From Macrostomum lignano (lineage: Eukaryota): a DNA stretch of 64,000 nucleotides. A program made the position numbers and the translations under genes. The DNA lies in assembly GCA_002269645.1 (NCBI GenBank), contig NIVC01000616.1:186001-250000 (forward strand), given 5' to 3'. A model generated the notes under the pieces. That model was not told the DNA's origin. It saw only the letters and a program-made list of their open reading frames with translations, and did not search any database. Below are positions 61,401-64,000 of the stretch, piece by piece. The first letter of the stretch is position 1; every line of letters begins with the position of its first letter.

Positions 61401-62499
61401 CCACCACAAACTCTATCTAATCTAATGTTTATAAAGCTTAGCTCTCCAAGTCGAAGTACGGATACATTCTCTACAATTGGCTTAGCTCAGTATCATAATT
61501 CCTCAACTCAACCTGTGTACAGCCATTTTATGTCATTTTTTCATTTATGTCATCAAATTTTATTACTCTTTAGTGCTAAATATTCCTGCGGAATGTTAGC
61601 CTGATATTTAAAACTCACTAATAAATCTTTACAATATATTTTCTCCTTCTGTACAAATCTGTTTGCCCTGTCATCGCATTATTCTGCCTTGTAAACTAAT
61701 TAAATAAAGGCCTTTTTCTCATTGTCATTCTTAGCTGAGCTGAGTCTATCTTATTGTTTTCATTCAAGCAGATTTTAAATAGTAATGCTTTTATAGTCTA
61801 CTGGTACTGAGTAGTATTATATATTTCTATTTTGCTAGCCTATTTGCAGTCAGTTTTTTGCATACAAATTTCGTTTTACTTTCTACCCCTCAATATTTGT
61901 GCCCAGTCGGTCTCAGTCTTGTTGAAAGAGCCGAAAAGCCCAGTTTTTTATCGAGAGACCCCACTGTGTTTCACTGTCGTCTCCAGGCTCTGATGTGATC
62001 TTCATGTCTTGTTTTTACTCCAAATAGTAATTATTGAATGTTCAAACTTCACTACTTACCAACCAGTCAGTAGTACGGTGTAGCAGAATTCTATTCTAAC
62101 GAAAGCAACTATTTTTTACGTTTCTAAGATAACTTTTTTTAGATATTCCCGATGTTTTTTTCGGCTTGGCGTGCAAGTTTGTTGTTGGCTTCTGTGATTT
62201 ATCATGTTTTTTAGCTTCTTTCTCGATTTTAGCCATATAGCTTTTTATGATCTCCCTATACTGTTATACATTGATTACCAATCAGCAACTCGACACTGCG
62301 ATATGTTATCCTCTATTGTGCATGTAGATATTCATTTCCTTCTGCATTAATTCAATAGTTTGTTTTAATTTGTTTCAATATTTTGCTTACCTTCAGAGGA
62401 ATAAAATGGAAAGAGTTGCTTATTTATAAGAACATTTTGTCGCTCAAATTTTCTGGTTTATTGTTTGTTCTTTTTTGCTATGGGCCGCCAGTCATTCTA

Positions 62500-63500
62500 C
62501 AGAATCGCCCCTCAGTTACCCCAGAGAATTGCCCCTCAGTTACCCTAGAGAATCGCCCCTCACCACCCCATAAGAATCGCCCCTCAGCCACCCCAAAAGA
62601 ATCGCCCCTCAGCCACCCCAGAAGAATCGCTCCTCCACCACTCCATAAGAATCGCCCCTCAGCCACCCAAAAGAATCGCCCCTCAGCCACCCCAAAAGAA
62701 TCGCCCCTCAGCCACCCCAGAAAAATCGCTCCTCCACCACTCCATAAGAATCGCCCCTCAGCCACCCCAAAAGAATCGCCCCTCAGCCGCTCCCTAAGAA
62801 TCGCTCCTCCACCACTCCATAAGAATCGCCCCTCAGCCACTCCCTAAGAATCGCCCCTCAACCACTCCATAAGAATCGCCCCTCAGCCACTCCCTAAGAA
62901 TCGCCCCTCAACCACTCCATAAGAATCGCCCCTCAGCCACTCCATCATAAGAATCGCCTCTCAGCCACCCCATAAGAATCGCCCCTCAGCCACCCCAAAA
63001 GAATCGCCCCTCAGCCACCCCACCCCATAAGAATCGCCCCTCAGCCACCCTATAAGAATCGCCCCTCAGTCACCCCATAAGAATCGCCCCTCAGCCACCC
63101 CACAAGATTCGCCCCTCAGCCAACCCATAAGAATCGCCCCTCAGCCACCCCATAAGAATCGCCCCTCAACCATGCACTCCATAAGAATCGCCCCTCAGCC
63201 ACCCCATAAGAATCGCCCCTCAGCCACCCCATGAGAATCGCCCCTCAGCCACCCCATGAGAATCGCCCCTCAGCCACTCCATCATAAGAATCGTTCTCAG
63301 CCACCCCATAAGAATCGCCCCTCAGCCACCCCACAAGAATCGCCCCTCAGCCACCCCACAAGAATCGCCCCTCAGCCACCCCATAAGAATCGCCCCTCAG
63401 CCACCCCATGAGAATCGCCCCTCAGCCACCCCATGAGAATCGCCCCTCAGCCACCCCATGAGAATCGCCCCTCAGCCACCCCATGAGAATCGCTCCTCAG
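62500..63500. repeat. ~25-bp minisatellite (AAGAATCGCCCCTCAGCCACCCCAT)
   Basis: Directly visible. Confidence 0.93.
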
Positions 63501-63520
63501 CCAGCTCGCCGCCCCTGCAG

Positions 63521-63859
63521 GACCTGATCTTCCTGGGCACAGCCAGCTCGTACCCGTCGCCGCACCGCTGCGCCTCCGGCCTGATCGTCAGGTTCCATGC
63601 CGACGGCGACTGCTGGCTGTTCGACTGCGGCGAGTCTATTCAGGTGCAGCTGATGCGCTCGCCGGTGAAGCTGGGCCGAATCTCGCGCATCTTCATCACA
63701 CACCTGCACGGCGATCACAGCTTCGGCCTGCCGGGCCTTATCAGCACCCTGGGCGGCGGTCGCTGCGAGGCCGGCTCGGTGCTCACCGTGTGCGGGCCGC
63801 CCGGTACCCGGCAGTTCCTGCGGCAGAGTCTGGCTTATGCTAGAAGCGATCTGGTCGGG
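63521..63859 (+). CDS. ELAC1: Short-form RNase Z (tRNase ZS), first visible coding exon; gene continues beyond the window
   Basis: cccctgcag|GAC CTG ATC TTC CTG GGC ACA gives 'DLIFLGTASSYPSPHRCAS...WLFDCGE...QLM...RISRIFITHLHGDHSFGLPGL' (metallo-beta-lactamase HxHxDH motif). Donor GGG|gtgagg at 63859. Confidence 0.9.
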
Positions 63860-64000
63860 GTGAGGTCGGGGTGGTCCCCCGAGTCTGTACTCTGCTTCAT
63901 CTCGAAAGCAACTCTAGGCTGAGTCTCCTCTTGCCTCATCTCCTCTCTCCCCTTCTCTCTTGTCTCCTCTCTGCTCTCCTCTCTGTGATAGTTGCCACTG

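Noticed and set aside
63458-63520. Repeat-derived ATG extension 'MRIAPQPPHENRSS' as the true ELAC1 N-terminus
   Set aside because: Lies within the 25-bp minisatellite, and homology begins exactly after the CAG acceptor. Not formally excluded.

Overview
Eukaryotic (metazoan) genomic DNA with GC-rich, Ala-rich exons and many introns filled with micro- or minisatellites. This style resembles the flatworm Macrostomum, but the taxon is an inference. Spliced host genes with in-frame GT-AG models: an unknown helical protein (1582-2651, possibly a remote SPACA9-like protein), a divergent class A-like GPCR (-), a secreted LamG-type protein (+), a fibrinogen-domain gene (-) with a broken tandem copy, WDR26 (-), TRIP13/pch-2 (+), an OSR1/SPAK (fray-like) STE20 kinase (+), and the first coding exon of ELAC1/RNase Z (+). 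Mobile elements: (1) an apparently intact 4.07-kb tyrosine-recombinase (DIRS/Ngaro-type) retrotransposon inserted without a TSD into a 15-bp minisatellite. It has a SAP-domain Gag, an A_AAA_AAC -1 slippery site into RT/RNase H, and a predicted intron that would fuse SAP to the ATG-less recombinase. (2) A full-length but decayed Ingi-like LINE with a 12-bp TSD, an HDV-like ribozyme fold at its 5' end, and a 27-bp complementarity between its 5' UTR and 3' end. (3) A solo LTR nested in that LINE. (4) A foldback-like element in a TRIP13 intron. (5) A probable tRNA-derived SINE. All coordinates and alignments were read by eye; no database searches or folding programs were run.
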